Assembly (NCBI GenBank): GCA_038257035.1
Contig: JBBSJT010000015.1
Coordinates: forward strand, 1 to 30,296
DNA length: 30,296 nucleotides
Direction: 5' to 3'
Origin: Chlamydiia bacterium
Lineage (GTDB): Bacteria > Chlamydiota > Chlamydiia > Chlamydiales > Parachlamydiaceae
A program made the position numbers and the translations under genes. How positions within the stretch are numbered: the first letter of the stretch is position 1; the number at the start of each line of letters is the position of its first letter. Of the stretch, positions 27,943 to 30,296 are shown piece after piece. The notes beneath the pieces are model-generated. The model saw nothing but the letters and a program-made list of their open reading frames with translations, was not told the origin of the DNA and did no database searches.

Positions 27943-28156
27943 AAGGACGAAAGTAAACCAATAGCCGTTTTGGTGTATTTGTGTCAATAGGCAAGACATC
28001 AGCTATTCCTACGCTATAGGTAAATAGTCTATTGTTAACAAAAAAGAAATGTTTTGACAAAGGTTTTTCAGTGGTTAAAACAATACCATTCTTGCAATGC
28101 CTTTTGAAGAGCTTCGTGTCAAAAGCAGAGGTCATCCGATCTATTTCTATTATTTT

Positions 28157-28294
28157 TTATCTTAAGCTTAGCGGCCTCTTCACGCTATAAAGCTTTTGCC
28201 AAGCTTCTTTTAAAATTTTTTTGCTTTTGGTCTTGGTGCGAAAAGATTGACGTTGCGGTGGATGGCCACGCAATCGAATTTTAGCATGATGCAT
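28157..28294 (-). pseudogene. Possible remnant of a tyrosine-integrase N-terminus
   Basis: 45-codon frame MHHAKIRLRGHPPQRQSFRTKTKSKK, resembling the N-terminal arm-binding segment of phage integrases; recognised by eye only. Confidence 0.3.
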
Positions 28295-28497
28295 GACGCT
28301 AAGATATTCTTACCCAGGTAATCGTCTCGGACTTATCGATTTTAGTAACCCAAAGCTATTCCACACTTTTGAGAAGACAGGCATATGTACTTGTATATAA
28401 ATATTATTTTGAATATGGGTATAGAATACATGTAGGGAAATGTGGATGATCAAAAAGATCAAAAATCGTAAAATCCCTTAAATACTAGGTGTTTAAT

Positions 28498-29145
28498 ATG
28501 CAAATTCTTGTGCCGTGTGATTTTTCTAAAGTATCAAATAATACAGCACTCTATGCAGCAAAATTTGCAAAGAAAGTTAATGAGGAAATGAGGTTGCCGG
28601 GCTCAGAAGAACAAACTGTACCAATGATTCTAACCTCAACACTTATGGTGTTAGTACACTGTAAGGTAATTCCGTACCCGGAAAACATCGTCAAAGCCCC
28701 GGGGTTCGATCGATTAAAATCGGGTCCATATTTATATATTAACAAGATTTTTATCGTCGAACCGCGGGAGCTTTCACGAAGTTTAACGGGCACGGACTTA
28801 ACTTACAGTGTACTAGTAGGCTTATCGATGCCACTCATATCTAGTGAGGATAGAAAATGGAACGTTCTCCTTGGACTTGTGCTATTAATTACAATACTAT
28901 CTAACATGGGTAAGATGTTTCCACTATTTTGTTATCGTAAAGAAGCGACGGTGCGCAAACGTTTGGCTTTATCTATTGCAATGTTTCCTCGTGGCGAGGT
29001 TGTAGCAGGTATTCTAGTTATATCAATGAGTTATGGCTTAGTTGGAACAGCGATAACTGTGGCAACGTTGTCGTTGGCGCTCAATTTACTATTGACAGGG
29101 GTATTTATTGCAATAGTCAAAAAACTTATTGAGCATAAGATATGA
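28498..29145 (+). pseudogene. Chimeric remnant: Usp N-terminus fused to the C-terminal part of a cation:proton antiporter (CPA2-like), interrupted by a palindromic element
   Basis: MQILVPCDFSKVSNNTALYAAKFAKKVN matches the usp genes; LSNMGKMFPLFCYR and AMFPRGEV are antiporter C-terminal helices; the stop overlaps the yrbG ATG. Confidence 0.8.
28652..28815. mobile_element. Long-hairpin palindromic element inserted in frame (RPE-like)
   Basis: Arms 28652-28721 and 28746-28815 pair over about 70 bp; perfect 14-bp termini TAGTACACTGTAAG / CTTACAGTGTACTA; TAGTA directly repeated 162 bp apart. Confidence 0.88.
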
Positions 29146-30233
29146 TATTAATATTAGTTATACTGTTTTTTGCTTTGGTAGCGATGGTAATGGGGGCAGA
29201 ATTGTTAGTGCGTGGTGCATCACAATTAGCTTCTATGCTTGGAGTTTCTCAGCTAGTAATTGGATTGACAATCGTATCGTTTGGAACCAGTGCTCCCGAA
29301 TTTGTAGTTAGTATAAAAGGAGCGTTGACAAATCACTCAGATTTGGTGGTTGGTAATTGTATAGGGAGCAATATATTCAATGTTCTTTTTATCATCGGCG
29401 CATGTGCAGTTATTGCTCCATTGATAGTCACTGAACAGCTGGTTAAGCTAGATGTGCCTATAATGATCGGGGGTAATTTATTGTTTTTATGGCTTAGTTT
29501 TGATGGTATAATCAACCGATACGATGCGTTATTGCTGTTAACAAGCTTTGCTCTATATTATGGATTTGTTATTCGCAAAAGCCTGCAAGAGAATAATATT
29601 GTGGCTGACAAAGAGAAGGCTTCTTGCAATGTAAAATCAATGAGTATATTACCGGCAATCCTTAAACAAATGGGACTTATTACTATCGGATTGATTTTGT
29701 GCATTAGTGGTGCTGAATGGTTTGTGGATAGCGCTGTGACGTTGGCAAGGATTTTAGGGATTAGCGAATTGGTAATTGGATTGACTATCGTGTCTGTTGG
29801 TACCTCACTTCCGGAAGTGGCAACTTCGATAGTGGCGACAATACGTGGTCAGCGAGATATTGCGATTGGAAATGTTGTTGGAAGTTGCGTTTTTAACATT
29901 CTAGGGGTCGTTGGGTTAGCTAGCTTGATTGCACCCGAAGGGATAACGGTTGCGCCATCTGTTCTGAGGTTTGATTTACCTGTAGCGATTGTAGCAAGTA
30001 TAGCCTGCCTGCCGGTTTTTTTTACCGATTTCAAAATCTCAAGGTGGGAAGGTTTTTTGTTTCTATTTTATTACGTGGCATACGTTACCTATTTACTTCT
30101 AGAAGCACAACAACATGATGTTTTACCTATGTTCAGTCTAACAATGTTTTGGTTTACAATTCCATTGTCGGTAATTACCATCTCAGTGATAGTTTACAGA
30201 GCCATTCATTCAAATAAATCTTTAAATCGATGA
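29142..30233 (+). CDS. yrbG: Calcium/sodium antiporter (CaCA family, YrbG-like)
   Basis: Two alpha-repeats: GLTIVSFGTSAPE...GNCIGSNIFN and GLTIVSVGTSLPE...GNVVGSCVFN. Confidence 0.94.
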   Translation: MILILVILFFALVAMVMGAELLVRGASQLASMLGVSQLVIGLTIVSFGTSAPEFVVSIKGALTNHSDLVVGNCIGSNIFNVLFIIGACAVIAPLIVTEQLVKLDVPIMIGGNLLFLWLSFDGIINRYDALLLLTSFALYYGFVIRKSLQENNIVADKEKASCNVKSMSILPAILKQMGLITIGLILCISGAEWFVDSAVTLARILGISELVIGLTIVSVGTSLPEVATSIVATIRGQRDIAIGNVVGSCVFNILGVVGLASLIAPEGITVAPSVLRFDLPVAIVASIACLPVFFTDFKISRWEGFLFLFYYVAYVTYLLLEAQQHDVLPMFSLTMFWFTIPLSVITISVIVYRAIHSNKSLNR

Positions 30234-30296
30234 ATGTTGTTTTGATTAATAAAAATAGCAGTTAAATCTTTTATGCCTTATATATTTCTTACAAAA

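Noticed and set aside
27896..28135. 79-aa ORF upstream of mrpA as a leader peptide or gene
   Set aside because: No recognisable motif or clear RBS; it overlaps the putative promoter and structured RNA leader

Overview
AT-rich bacterial window, most consistent with an environmental chlamydia (Parachlamydiales-like); this is inferred from gene content such as an F-box/ankyrin effector and long orphan coiled-coil proteins. The left half holds orphan or effector-like genes (a translationally coupled 317-aa and 1259-aa coiled-coil pair, an 862-aa protein with a papain-like Q-x5-C motif, and an HMA-like exported protein), a four-gene MFP/OMF/ABC export operon, pyk and an F-box-ankyrin gene. The right half (16.8-30.2 kb) is a cation-homeostasis cluster: two tandem usp genes (the second split at an in-phase A_AAA_AAG slippery site), a P-type IIA ATPase, a PsiE-family gene, a group-2 mrpA'CDEFG operon, a chimeric usp/CPA-antiporter remnant and a YrbG Ca2+/Na+ exchanger. 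The most unusual signals are non-coding. (1) Five intergenic palindromic elements are built from four different 8-10-nt tandem units and share an A-tract-TC terminus; two of them are ~300-bp nested elements in inverted orientation that exactly bracket the export operon. (2) A 162-bp long-hairpin element is inserted in frame, without stops, into the antiporter coding remnant, like a Rickettsia palindromic element. (3) A GC-rich two-state RNA leader upstream of mrpA looks like a Na+/Li+ riboswitch. No rRNA, tRNA, CRISPR array or intact transposase was seen.
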